A stretch of DNA of 64,000 nt from Felis catus (GCF_018350175.1 NC_058373.1:115632001-115696000); one strand, 5' to 3'; positions 22,861 through 35,614 are shown, counted from the first letter of the stretch. Numbers and translations: made by a program. The notes: generated from the sequence alone by a model not told the origin.

Positions 22861-24381
22861 GGAAGAGAAGACAGGAATGCAGCCTGACCATGACATTTGT
22901 GTCTTAGGGATTCCGACCATGAGAGACTTTCTTTGGACCAGGAGAAGAACTCTTAGTGTATGTGACATACACTGTGAGCTGTGACATACGATGGGTAGCA
23001 CAAAGTCTTTCTGTGTCCCGGACAGATACCCCACACTCCGGGACTCTTGCCTTCACACCTTGCCAAGGACTGCCTACCCATCCAAGTAGACTTTCCCTCT
23101 GTGTCTCCCGAAACCTGCCGTCTGCTTGGTTTACACGTTTACTGAGGAAACAGAAAAGATCCAGAGGTCCCTCCCATTTTCAGAGGAAAAAATGACGCTG
23201 CTCTTCCATTGCCAGCAGGACAGATTTCTAGTTATTTTCCCTTTCAGCGACGATGGCTTAGTTGGCTTGTCCACACTTGTTTCCTCATGGTCTCTTAGCT
23301 TGCTCATTCATTTATTCTTTCATTCACGCATGCATGCATTTTTTTATGAAACCCAGTCGGCGTGCCATGGGCGGACTTTCACAGAGTTATGAAAATTACT
23401 CTGATTTGTGCCCACCTCGTTTTGTTTTGTTTTGTTTTTTTGCACACTCCGAAAAATTAGAATAAAATTTCCTAGAGGGTAGGAATTTTTATCCCTTTGG
23501 TATTTCTACATCCTCGGTGCCTATATCAGTGCCTGGCATACAGTAGTTACTCAGTATATATTTACTGAATGAATAGATACGTTGAATAATTGTGCGAAAA
23601 TAGAAAGCATAAGATCCAGTGATTTCTCCCACTCTTGGCAGTGTTCATATGGAGCATCCCATCTGTCGGGGATGCTGTGAGCACGGTTTTTCAAGTCTGA
23701 GTAGTATGAACAAAAAATAATCCCCTGTGAGGAGCACCCACTTCACTTGAGGCCAGTGACAGAAAACCAAATAATCACAACAAAACAAGTGCTAGATTTG
23801 GAAGCCTGCGCAATGTGCCAAGAGAGCACGGAGGAAGGGAGGCCTCATGCTGTGCCTGGAATCATCAGGGCCAGTTTCATGGACCAGGCCACTCGAGATG
23901 TAGGATTTGACGAAGGAACAGGAGTTAACTGGGTGGAAGCCAGCGTGTCTCAAAGAAATAGCAGAAAGCCTGTGCTAACGAGCACGGCAGCCTGAATGAG
24001 GGTGAGCAGTGTGGCTGAAGGAACCGGGCACCGGAGCAAAGCTGCAGAGATCAGCAAGAAATCGTTCGCAAAAGGCCTTGTACACCCGGCCGAGGAATTA
24101 GAGCATTATCCCGGCGGCAACGGGGAACCGCTGAAAGTGTTTCAATCACAGAAGGGACAAGACTGATGTTTTTCCTCGGGATAGGAGGCCTAGCACGAAG
24201 ACAGCGGGGAAACCAGGTAGATGAACAGAAGCAAGGAAAGACCGGAGGCAGGAAGACGAGTCCAGAGTCTCTCAAGGCATCTGAGTATGAGGGGGCCAGA
24301 ACCCGAACCAAGGCAGTGAGAGCGGGCCTGTGGTGGAAGGTGCGGACCTGTGAGCTCTTTAAAGTAGAATCAATACGTTCT

Positions 24382-24595
24382 GGGGCGCCTGGGTGGCTCA
24401 GTCCGCTAGGCGTCTGACTTCGGCTCAGGTCATGATCTCATGACCATGGGTTCGAGCCCCGCATCGGGCTGCGTGCGGACAGCTCAGAGCCTGGAGCCTG
24501 CTTCGGATTCTGTGTCTCCCTCTCTCTGTCCCTCCCCTGCTCGTGCTCTCTCTGTCTCTCAAAAATAAACAAACATTAAAAAAAAAAAAAAAAAA
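24382..24595 (+). mobile_element. CanSINE
   Basis: TSD AAAGTAGAATCAAT(A/G)CGTTCT. Confidence 0.93.
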
Positions 24596-25864
24596 GTAGA
24601 ATCAATGCGTTCTGGAGACCAACTGAAAAGAGGAGGCCGGTGAAAGAATATAAATGAGGCACAGCAAAAACCAAACCACATCAGACACCCTCTTCCTCCC
24701 CAGGGCCCTGCAGAGCTCCTCCCACGTCAGGGATCTCCACAGTGCCCAAAGGCACAGAGGCCAAAGAAATCAACACAAAGCCACTGAACTGAGATGCACA
24801 TTTTGTGTTAGGGACATCCTGTAGCAAATGAGGCCAGCGAGGGTCCTGGACTCTCCAGGAAGGGAGCAGGAGGGCCCTGGAATTCAACCAAAGCATGGGG
24901 GTGCTCCCTAGTCTGGTCACCATCATTGCCATTTGCTCATTCGATCATCCAGACTGTGATAAACTCTGGAGACGCAGCGATGAAGCAGGTCTGGTCCCTG
25001 CCATGGAGGACAGCAGAGAAAAGCTCCCAAGATCAGGATCCAAATGCGAGCAAAGGATTTGGGGATTTGCGTACACAGAGCGGGCGGAGTGGGATTTCTC
25101 ACGTCTGTCTCGAATGAGCGCGCAGTGTCACAGACAAGAAAACAAACTCATGAGCACATTGCCCCTGTGAAATACTGCCAGCTAGAAAAATTAGAAGTAT
25201 TTTTTAAAGATCCAAAACATTGGGAGGAACTCAAATCCTAGAGTGACTCCAAGAAAAGCCTGACTCTGCTCGTGGTTCGTGAGAAGAGTCTCTGTGTGCC
25301 CATCACGGCTGCAGGTTTTTGGTTCGGCCCGGGTTTGTGTTCCCGAACGTACTGCCCATAACGTGCCACGCTCTGTTCTAGCTACTGGAGATTCACTGTT
25401 AGACCTCTCGCCTGGACTCCCGCCGTAGCTGCCGATCTCACCCCTTCTCTTATAGTCTACTTTCCACAAAACGGCCCAAAATGTCTTTTTAAAACCTCCA
25501 TCAGACCACGCCATCCCTCGCAACCTTCTCTCCCTGCAGAACTCCTCACCCCCTTTCTGCCTTCACCTTCTAACTTACTGCCCTTCCCTCCTGCCACTCT
25601 GTTTTGCTGCCTGCGTACTCCCCTGTAGCGAAGGCGGTGTTCTCTGAGGTTTCTAGACCACATCAGGCGCGCACCTGCCCTAAGACCTTTGCATTTACTG
25701 TTCTCCCTGCTTCGAACACCCTTACCCTAAAGATCCCCATGGGTCACTGTTTCATATCACTCAGGTCTCAGATGCCAGCTTCTCAGAGGCTTTTCCCCTC
25801 CTCGCCTTATCTGAAGGGGGTCCCAGCGTCCCTGCCGGCACTCTCTGGAACACCATGGTTCGTT

Positions 25865-26105
25865 TTTTTTTTGTTTTGTTTTGTTTTTTTTTTAGCATTT
25901 TTTTTTCAACGTTTATTTATTTTTGGGACAGAGAGAGAGCATGAACGGGGAAGGGGCAGAGAGAGAGGGAGACACAGAATCGGAAGCAGGCTCCAGGCTC
26001 TGAGCCATCAGCCCAGAGCCCGACGTGGGGCTCGAACTCACAGACCGTGAGATCGTGACCTGGCTGAAGTCGGATGCTTAACTGACTGCGCCACCCAGGC
26101 GCCCC
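25865..26105 (-). mobile_element. Young CanSINE inserted in an L2 3' remnant (about 25390-26310)
   Basis: TSD CCATGGTTCGTTTT; flanks are L2-like (gacctttgcatttactgttctccctgc). Confidence 0.92.
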
Positions 26106-28307
26106 CATGGTTCGTTTTCTTTACAGCGCGTATTACCTGCTGAAATCATCATTGTTTCTGTTAGCCTGTCTACTGGTTTATCGTAGACTATAAACCCCAT
26201 GGTAGCTGGAAACCTGTCCCTCTTGTTCGCCTTCTTGCTGACAGCATCTTCAGGGCCTCGGCCGGCGCCTGGCCGAGTGAGTGTCGTGTTTGCTGAGAGG
26301 ATCAATGCTGCCTCTGCAGAACTGAGCAAATACGGGAAAGAGGCACCAACGAGGGGGGCTTCAAACCTCCTGGGAAGCTGGAGGGCAGAGAGGTAAACGG
26401 TTAAAGCCACTGGCCGCACAGAGCAGTCCGTTTCCTTCCTTCAAAAGAACAAGAGCACACAGTGTTTGGACAGCAGTTCTGAGGCTATCCCTAAACACGA
26501 TTTCTTCTCTGCGCCACGCCCCCCGCCCCCCCGTTGGCACCTTATCCCACAGTGTGTAGCGTAACAATGAGCAGCATGTGGGGTGCATCATTCGCTCTAC
26601 AGATCTTAAGCCAACACTACATGCCAACGGTTTACAAAGGCCTCCGCACCGACCTGGTCTCACGTAATCCTTTTGTGAGATCGCTCATACAGATGAGGAA
26701 ACCGTGCGGGCTCAGGTAATTGCCAAGAATCTCTATGCCGATTAATAAGGGAGCCGGAAGCAAACGTTGGTCCTCCGGCTCCCCGAGGGCTCCTTCCACG
26801 AAGCCTCCGGGAGTTTAGTCATTTCAGAAAGGACCAAGAGAAAACCTCTCCTGCCAGGGCTGGGTCAAGGGAGTGAGAAGCCCAGGGCGGCTGGAGGGGG
26901 TATGGCTCCTCCCTCTCTCTGTTCCCCAGAGAAAGCCACCCGTGCTCTATCTTTTGGGGTTGCCCACGGAGAGAGGAATGCCACCCCTCTGCCCTGCTGC
27001 CTACACACCAAGGGGAAGCTGGTGATTAGCCGCCTTTATGTGCCTTTTCCCCGGCTCGTTCTCCTGAAGCCTGATTTATTTTAATGCCATTTAATTTCTC
27101 TTAATTTTCAAATGTTGAAATATGGAATTAAATCATATCATTGCCTGAATGGAGAACAAAGGGGCTCTGGCGAGCAGTCAAAATCATCTCTCTGAGCCAC
27201 GGCTGGGGGTTCTCTTGTACCATCAGCTCTAGGGCACTCTGGGCCTCCTTCAACAAGAGGGTGCCAGGGGCAGACTCCGAGGATGGGAGGGCGGTCAGCT
27301 GTGCTCTCTCCCCACTCCTGTCACGATTCCCCTCGAAGCCAACTCCCCCACTGCTTCCTCCTGAGGGGCCAGAAGGCACAGGCTCAACTCAGCTCTTCCA
27401 GTGTCATAGCGGAGAGAGGACGCTGATGTGGCAGGGGGTGGCCAGAGCCTCTGGAAAGCTCCCGAGCAGAGCAGTCCCACAAAGACCCTCAGCAGAGTCT
27501 GCGTGGCTCCAGACACAGCCTTCCTGGACGGAAAAGGAAGTGGGGCACGGTGCAGGAGCATTTGGGGTCTAGAGCATTACTGGTCATTCTGTGAATGCCC
27601 TGCAGTGTTGTAGGGGGAGGGGACTCCGTGCAGGAGTGCCAGCCGAAGGCCATCAGGACACTCAACCAGCTCGGGGCCCGGTGTAGGCCACACATCCAGA
27701 GAGTTGAGTTGGCTGGCCATGCTGATCTCTAGAAACCCAGTGAGATAACAGACACACCGGGGACTTCACCACTGGCTTCTTTTATGATAAATGGGACAGA
27801 TCCCCTTTCCTGACCCCTCAAAAGTAAGGGAGGTTATTCATTTATTCACTCCTTCCTTATTCGTTGAAACGCCCACCGCAGCATGTGACAGAGAGCGGGA
27901 GAGAGAAAAAGCACGCGGTCCAAGAGGGGTGGGAAGCCACCTGGAAAAACAAAGCAAAACACCTGCATTTCAGCATGTCCGCAGATGCGGTGTTAAAATC
28001 CAGAGGAAGGGACTGCTCTCCGCTGAAGCCTTCCCGTCAGGAAGAGGCATTGGAATGGAACACCGAGGAACAGGTGAGAAGGAAGCCGTGAACAAAGGCA
28101 CAGAAGAGGAAAGGACAGGTTTACTGAGGTGCCCACACAGGAACTGTGGGGCGAGAAGCTTCACGTGCAGTGGCGAACCAGGCCGTGGAGAGCCTTGAGT
28201 ACAGGCAGGTGGACAGCGGCCAAACACAGGAGGCCCCTCAGGGTTTCTGTGTAGAAAAACGGCAGGCAGGCCCAGAAGGGCGTTTTAGGAGGGGGTTCTT
28301 GTACCAG

Positions 28308-28528
28308 TCTTTTTTTTTTTTTTTTAAACGTTTACTTATGATTGAGAGAGACACACAGAGCGTGAGCAGGGGAGGGGTAGAGAGACGGGGAGAGACAGAA
28401 TCCGAAGCAGGCTCCAGGCCTCTGAGCTGTCAGCACAGAGCCCGACGCGGGGCTCGAACTCACACACTGCGAGATCGTGACCCGAGCCGAAGTCGGCCGC
28501 TCAACCTACCGAGCCACCCAGGCGCCCC
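28308..28528 (-). mobile_element. CanSINE
   Basis: TSD TGTACCAGTCTT. Confidence 0.93.
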
Positions 28529-31500
28529 GATCCTGTACCAGTCTTAATACAATTGGAGGGTGAAGCTGGGAAGGCGTCAGGAAACTATTTTATGTAGTTT
28601 AACAATAACAGCCACTACTTCACGGGGTATGGTAAGGACCGAATGGGAAAATCAAAGTCAAGCATTTGGCAACCGAGTATCTGTCAGGTGGTAAACTCCT
28701 AGAACAGTAACTATCCCCGGTACCGTTACTATTTCGTAAGAGCTTATCAGACGTACTCAGGTGCGGGTGGTAGGGATAGAGAAGATGGGGAGGGACTTCT
28801 CGGACACTAGCAATATTCAGGCAAATAAGGCAGAGGAGTCAAAGATAAACTTGGGGATTGTGAGCCAAGGTGACTGGAAGTCCGACGGTGCCGTCAACAG
28901 AAAGTGGGAAGTCAAGAGAAGTAGCTTCTAAGGACAAAGACAATGTCAGTTTAGCAGAAACTCGGTTTGAGGCGCCGAGGTAGCACCTTATCAGAGATCC
29001 TGTGCAAGTGGCTGGAAACAAGACATTGGGCGTGGGGAGCTACAGTGACAGGAGAGCCACCATCACGGCACCAACCACTCAGGGAGACTGCCGAGGGCCA
29101 GTGGGGGAGGGGAACGAGAGGGAGGAGAGACCCCTGGAGAGGAAGAGCAAGGGGGCCGCCTAGAGAACTGAGGGTCCTGGAGAGCTCAGTGTGGTGGAAG
29201 CCAAGAGGGGGCGAGTTGTCTGGATGGAACTGTCGATCTTATCTGATGGCGGGGAAAGAGATCAGAAACGAGTTCCCATATCTGGGGAAGTGAGAAGTCC
29301 TCGGCGGACGGCAGTTGAGCAGAGGGTACCGAAAAGTGGGAAAGCATGGGGCTAAGTGAATGAGTGACGTGACGAGATGGACACAGATGTTTACTCTAAA
29401 ATTTCAAGAGTTTGGTGAAAGCTGGCTGGAAAGGGAGCAGGAAGGGGTAGGAATTGGATGAGGGACATTCTTTTCCCGACGGCTGAGCATTCTAAGAGTT
29501 GGAGGGAGGGGATCCAGTATGGAGGAGAAAGTGCACAAGGCAAGCTGATGAAGGCAGCGCAGGGGCAGCCGCCAGGCACCCTGCAGGAGAGGAAGGGAGA
29601 CCTTTTCTACTCCGAGACTAGTGGCAGGGCAGGTGAGGAACGAAGTGGGCAGGTCCGGGTGCAAAGGAAGAATGCTGACCAAGTGCACACTGCTTGGCTT
29701 CATTCTGTAGGACGAGCGTAGCAGTGCCCGGCTCTAGGGGCCTCTCTTCTCAAATGGTTTCAGAAACGACCACAGGGAAGCCAGGGCAGGATTTCAGTTT
29801 CCAGTCCCACTTGGGGATCCAGGCCCCCCACGAACCAGCGCCCCTGCATACGACCAGGGAGGCATGATTTGTCATGGCAAGTATCAAAGCAGTACATTTC
29901 ATCCAGGATGAAACAGAGCTGTTGTCTTGGGTAGACGTGATTCTGTATACCATCTGCAAATATGCTTGATTCTGGAATTAGTCTTTATTCACTCTCCATG
30001 TTATCAAAAACGACCCATATACATACACATACACGTATACATACACACGTACATATGCATATACTTGTGGTTCTCCCTATCTAAACATCTTGCTCAATAG
30101 TCTCTATGGATCCAAATACGGATCTGAATCCTCCTTACCCTTCCAGACCTCAGAGATCTCAGGTCTTTGGCAGTTCACCCGGCGTTGCAGCTCAGCAGAC
30201 GAGGAAGTGTGTTTTACATCTGCTGGAGCCACTTTTCCTTCTCTTTTCCCTACGGCGCCTTGTCAGTGTGGGGTTTAGAGCGCCCATACAAAACACAGAC
30301 AACCAAACACAAGCCAATCTCATTGAAGAAAATGGGGGAATGTCTTCCTAGAAGAGCAGCTCCGGCTTGTGGGCTAAAACAGAATGAGGAACCCATACCC
30401 CTCCCTCACAGGCCACCCAGAAGATGCCCAAGAGTTTCTACTGAGGCCTCCCAACTCCCTGCCTTGGTCTCTCTCCCTACATTCCAGTCTCAACATATCT
30501 TCCCAAATGCAAATCTGAGCAGGCACTTCAGTGCTAACAACCTTCCTAAAGCCCCCACTGGAAACAGTGAAATTCCTTAGCACGGAGTACAAGCCCTTCA
30601 AGGTTTGGCCCCTAGGGTCCTCCAAACCCCTCTCCCAGAATTGTACCCTCTGTCTTCAGTCATTTGGAAGAGCCATTATCCGTGTTAGGCCTTTGCATAT
30701 GGATCCCTTGGGTCATAACACTTTCTCCCCACTCCCTTCTCTGCTCTCACCAAAGCCAACCCCTACCCATCCTTTCTTTGTGGGATGGCTGTCCCTAGAA
30801 GTCCTCCTTAAGCCCCTAGAAGAGGTGATCTCCCTACATGCTTCCACTACACCCAGGATTTACCCACCACTGAAAGCAATCACTTTATACGGTAACTGCA
30901 GTTAACTAGTTGATGATCTCTGCTGGAATGAATGTGTGTTTATGAGGAAAAGGACCATTCTATTTCATTTGCCTCTGTACCAGGCAAATGGCTGGCAGAG
31001 TAGGCTGTCGTTGAATACTTACTGAACAAATAACTAATTGAATAAATGAGTGCTTTTTCCTTTCGGAGACCGATACGTTTCGGAACTTCACCAAATATTT
31101 GAACCTCTAGGCAAAACCCCCAGGCTTGAGTGAGGAGGGGGTTGCCCTCTCTTCTTACCTAACCTTGGTAGCTTAAAGGGAAGCCAAGACGTGTGACCCA
31201 TTTCCCCAAATCCAGATTGTGAGCAGGGATGGACCAGGGAACAATGCCCCAGTGACTACCATGGACAATACCAGCAACTATGCCCAAAGACTGGCTCAGG
31301 GACAGGGCAGGGATGGGGCAAGAGCACACTCCCCCAGCTTCAGGGTTCCAGCCCAAGAAGGAGCCTAAAGGAAGGAAATGTTTTTTTACAGGGTGAGTTT
31401 GTTGTCCTTGTTCTCTTTTCTCTCATCAGGAGACCACGGAAGGCAAGTACAAGAGACACCAAAGCGGAGATCAGAGGACCAGGAGCGGAGAGGAGGGATA

Positions 31501-32579
31501 ACTTGGCTCTTCAAGTTCATTCGTTCCTCCAGCATTTACTGAGTGCCTACAGCATGCCAGGCACAGTGCGAAGTCTTGCGGTTACGATGTGAAGAAACAC
31601 GAGCCATGTTCCCTCTCTTCATGCAGCGTCCTGTCTAGAGGTGTGACTAGCATTACTCAATCACGTAAGTAAATTTAATGTGCATCTTTAAGAGACTTCA
31701 AAATAATAGATTCAGGTTATGAGTGTATAGAGAGGCTGGCCCAGTCAGAGAAGGTCTGGAAGGCTTCCTGGAAGAAGTAACCAATGAACTAAGAGCTGGA
31801 GGTGGAAGAGGAGTATATGAGACAAGAATAGGGTTGGAGTTTAGGGGTGCTGGAAGAACAATAAAGCATTCTGGGTACAGAAAACTGCATGAACAGCCTT
31901 CCTATCTCCATCAAGCTCAAGAAGGACTTCAACCAAGTTCATTTCTTTACACTCCATCTGCTTCTTCTCAGCCCAATATCTGTATTTTATTTAAAGGAAA
32001 AGGCTAGGAAGTGGACCTGTGGGCGGGGGCTGCCGGTAGGACTTGTAGATGGTAAGCTGGGGTGATCAGCCCCCACCAAGTCACCCTAAGCTCTGGGATC
32101 AATCATCCTGGGGCGAGGAGGTACAAGGCACAAGAACGCAGGTTCCTCTCCAACTTGGGAGGCCGGCACAAAGAAAAGCCGGCGGAAGGCCAGCGCCCCA
32201 AGAGTGCACGGGTCCCCCTATTTCAGGAAGAGCATGGCGCAGCAGCTATATTTGAAAATCGAGGTAAACAAGAGCTCGCTCGGCTCAAGTGGATGGGGCA
32301 CAACAGCTGTGGAAGATTAATCACACGCGGCCGCAAGTCACGAGGTCGCCAGAGGCCCTGAGGGTTCCCTTTCGGTGCCCCACCAGCAAGCCGGCTGCTC
32401 GCCCATCACGTACCCAACAACTCCCCAGTCTCGGGTGTTTCTTGACCATCATGGGGCTCGGAGCCTCGCTGCCTGCCCTTCTGAGGAACTGCCCCAATTT
32501 CTACCCTCTGCCCAGGAGCCCCAACCACCAAACGTTCAGGGTTTGTTTTACAGTCGCCAGAAAAGACCAGCGAGTGAGT

Positions 32580-32583
32580 GAGT

Positions 32584-32623
<40 letters not shown>
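32580..32623. repeat. (GA)n microsatellite
   Basis: Directly visible. Confidence 0.95.
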
Positions 32624-32627
<4 letters not shown>

Positions 32628-32858
32628 GGCAGCAAGCGGGTAAATTTATGGCACTGCATTAAAGGCATTTGTTCTATTTAACCCCCCCCCCCCACTCCCT
32701 CCACGGTTAAAAATAAAACACACTGAATAAAGACGAAAAACTGCTTCCCACCCCCCACCCCCGGAGCAAATCGCTTTCTACATCTCCCCCAGTGGCTCAG
32801 GTCCTCGGAGCAGGTCAGGCAGGGTCTGCAGAGCAGCGCTAGCCTCCGAAAGAGGGCC

Positions 32859-32913
32859 TGTGTGCGTGCGTGTGGTGTGTGTGCGTGTGTGTGGTGTGTG
32901 TGTGCGCGCGCGC

Positions 32914-32951
<38 letters not shown>
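32859..32951. repeat. Alternating purine-pyrimidine (TG)n-(CG)6-(TG)n tract
   Basis: Directly visible; uninterrupted alternation from 32894 to 32951. Confidence 0.95.
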
Positions 32952-32952
<1 letters not shown>

Positions 32953-33631
32953 GGGGGGGGATAGTTACACACCTCCCTTCTCTCCACCTGGCCGCGGCCC
33001 GCCCAGACCCCCGCGGTCGGGAGGGCCCAGGACCGGAGAAGCCCTCTCTCTCCCCGCCCCCTTGGCCGCGGCGGGCGGGTGCGCCGGGGCTGCGGTTCCC
33101 GACCCACGGCCGCGGAGTCCCGGGGTTGGGCGCGCGCGTGCGTGTGGGGCCGCGGGCGCGCGCCGCGGGGGACCGCTCTCGGCTCCTAGCCCCCGACCCC
33201 GGCGGGCACTCACGGCCCCGGGAGCGCCGCACGCCCCGGCACGGCCGGCACACGGGCACACACGCAGCCGGCCCGCGCCGCAGCATTCGGTCCCCCCGCT
33301 GTGCACCCGCCGCCCGAGCGCACACAAATGCCCCGGCGTCTCGTTCTGCCCCCCCACTCCCGACCCCCCCCCCCACCAGACACTCTGCCACAATACCACC
33401 CCCACCCCGGGCTCCGCAGACAAAACGTTCACTTTCCGGGGCACCCTCCCCCCACCTCTCCAGGCACTAAAACCCACAGGAAGGCAGCCCGTATGAATGA
33501 TCTTGAGAAATAACTTAATTAACACAAGCATTCCCAAGCGAGAGCCCTCCGGGGAGGGGGGGGGCACCCCAACCCCCCAGCCTCGGCCGCCCGCCGAGGG
33601 GGAAGGGCAGGAGGCTCACCCCATTACTCAC

Positions 33632-34280
33632 CGTTTCCTCCCGGTCTCCAGAGCGGAGTGGCCAAGCGAGGGGGAGAGGAAGGTGCGCGACGCCCCGCCG
33701 CCCGGCTGCTCAGCGGCCGCAGCGGCTCATCGCCCCCGCGGGCTGCCCGCCGGCCGCAGCCGCGTCCGGGGCATGTCAGTCGGCCGCCGCCGCCGCCCGC
33801 GGGGCTCGTGGGCTCGCAGCCTTCGGCGGGGCGCGCGGGCTGCGGCCAGGGCAGGGGGCCTGGAGGGGAGCGGGGAGACCCCCCCCCGCCGAGGACCCCC
33901 GGAGGAGCCCGGGCCGGGGCGCGGGCTCGGGAACTGAGCCCGGGGAGGCCCGGAGTCCCGGCCGCCGGCAGCGGGGGGATCCCTGCCGGGAGGGGCGGGA
34001 AGGCGGGCGGCCCGGCGCGCCCTGGCGGCTCCGAGGGACCCCGGCTCGCGGCCGCGTCGCCGGGGCTTTCCCGGGGCTGGGCGCGCGCCGGCTCTCCGCC
34101 TGGCACGCCGTCACCGCGGGGGACGTGTCGGCCTCGCCGCGCGGAGGGTTCGCGCGGAGGGGCTGGTTTCTGGGCGAGCCGCGAGCTTTGCCCATTAAGC
34201 TGCAGCAAGAAGCCAAATCAAAAAGCCAATCTCCAAGCCTCCCAACCGAACGTCACCCTATCAGCTGGGAGCCAGGGAGC
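33632..34280 (-). other. SLC8A3: SLC8A3 non-coding exon 1 (5'UTR); 3' end well supported, TSS uncertain (about 34280, possibly up to about 34630)
   Basis: Strong donor AAACG|GTGAGT (intron starts 33631) inside the only large CpG island, about 20 kb upstream of exon 2. TATA-like ATAAATA on the minus strand at 34310-34304. Confidence 0.75.
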
Positions 34281-34320
34281 CGCACCGAATGACAAGCCGC
34301 GCATATTTATCCTCGCGCGC
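34100..34320 (-). promoter_or_regulatory. Core promoter motifs: TATA-like ATAAATA, CRE half-sites and GTCA (DRE-like) cores, E-box
   Basis: Minus-strand ATAAATA at 34310-34304; CGTCA at 34251-34255 and 34109-34113; minus-strand GTCA at 34293-34290; CAGCTG at 34262-34267. Motif matches only. Confidence 0.45.
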
Positions 34321-34649
34321 CGAGGGGGATTTTCAGATAGCTCCCCGAGCAGCCGCGGGCGAGTGGACCTGCGCCTCGCGGCCCGAGGGCCCCCGGGGGT
34401 CCGAACGCGGGCGGAAGCCCTCGCCCGCGGCCACCCACCCAATCGCGGAGCCCGGCGCCCAGGCGCCTCCCGGCCGGCGGCACTCCCGACACGGCGGCGC
34501 GTCCTGACCTGGATTCCGCGGAGTCCGGGGCTCCGGGCGGCGGGCGGGGAGGGCGGCCAGGCGGGCGCGCGGCACCGGCTTTCCCCTTGTCCTCAGGAGA
34601 CGCCGCCTGCAATTCCGAAATGAAGTCTCCACCAACACATCTGTGGTTT

Positions 34650-34905
34650 TTAAATATAGCAGGGGACGATTACCCAGGCAGGGTCCACCCAGGCCTAAGG
34701 GAGGAGTTGAGGGGGGGATGGAGGTTGGCAGGGGAGGGAAAAGAAAACTCCCTTTTTCCCCTCTTTTTTTTTTTTTTTTTTTTTCCCCTTCTGTTCTTGG
34801 TGCAGAACTCTGTCATTTTCTCAACCCAAATCAAACAACAGCTTGTGCGAGACGCTTGGGTGAGCGCTGGTATGTTGGCTTTTGGGTTTTTAAGGCTAAA
34901 AATAA
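34650..34905. promoter_or_regulatory. Two MEF2-consensus sites just upstream of the CpG island
   Basis: CTATATTTAA (minus strand, 34659-34650, also TATA-like) and CTAAAAATAA (34896-34905) both fit YTAWWWWTAR. Confidence 0.4.
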
Positions 34906-35614
34906 GAGGGGGCTGCGTCCCAAATTGCTGCCTACCCTGGGCCTGGAGCCTGGAGGAGAGATGGTCTTTTGATGCAGCAGCAGAAGTAGGGTTTGGGGCT
35001 TGGCTCAGACAAAATGTACACACGCAGCCTGAAATCGGATGCCTGTAATTTCTTCTATATTTGTCAGGCGTGGTCCTGGAGGCAGGAGGGATGGCCAGGC
35101 CTCCCCTAAGAATGAGGTTTCATCTAGTTTATCGGTGGCCATTAGGCAGATCTAAAACGAGCTTGGTGGCTGGCTGGGCCTTCGTAGAGACAGCAGTAGG
35201 GGTGCTGGGGCAGAACAGAAAGGTGGGAAGTTGTTCACCTCAGGCCTCTGCAGCCGGAAGCAAGTACCAGGGGCCAAAAGAATGATACTTAGCAAGTATC
35301 AGCACCTCCTTAAGGCCAGGCGCCTTGCTAATGAATCTGATTGCATTATTTTATGTCATCCTCGTGAAACTCTGTGAGATAAGTAGAATTATTAACTCCA
35401 CGTTTCTGTTGAGGAAATTGAGCTTGGAGAGGCCAAATAACCATCCCAGGGCCACGAACAGCAGAGCCAAGGATTGGCATAAGGTGGAACCAACTAGAGT
35501 TTTCACTGATAACCACAGCAGTATGTGCAACTCCCAGGATCCCCAGCTCCCCTGAGTTCTAGAACAAGATTGGTCCAAAGAGACAAGTGGGCATAGGAGT
35601 TAGAAAGTGTCTGA

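Larger units (their letters stand above)
32860..34620. promoter_or_regulatory. SLC8A3: CpG island, SLC8A3 promoter and first exon
   Basis: About 1.7 kb of extremely GC- and CpG-rich, transposon-free sequence with many GGGCGG/CCGCCC-like boxes, containing the exon 1 donor. Confidence 0.9.

Noticed and set aside
32678..34638. Many long overlapping ORFs (for example 33658-34623 +, 321 aa; 32678-33391 -, 237 aa)
   Set aside because: Pro/Gly/Arg/Ala-rich low-complexity products of a very GC-rich CpG island and dinucleotide repeats, where stops are scarce. Most lack a true ATG start.
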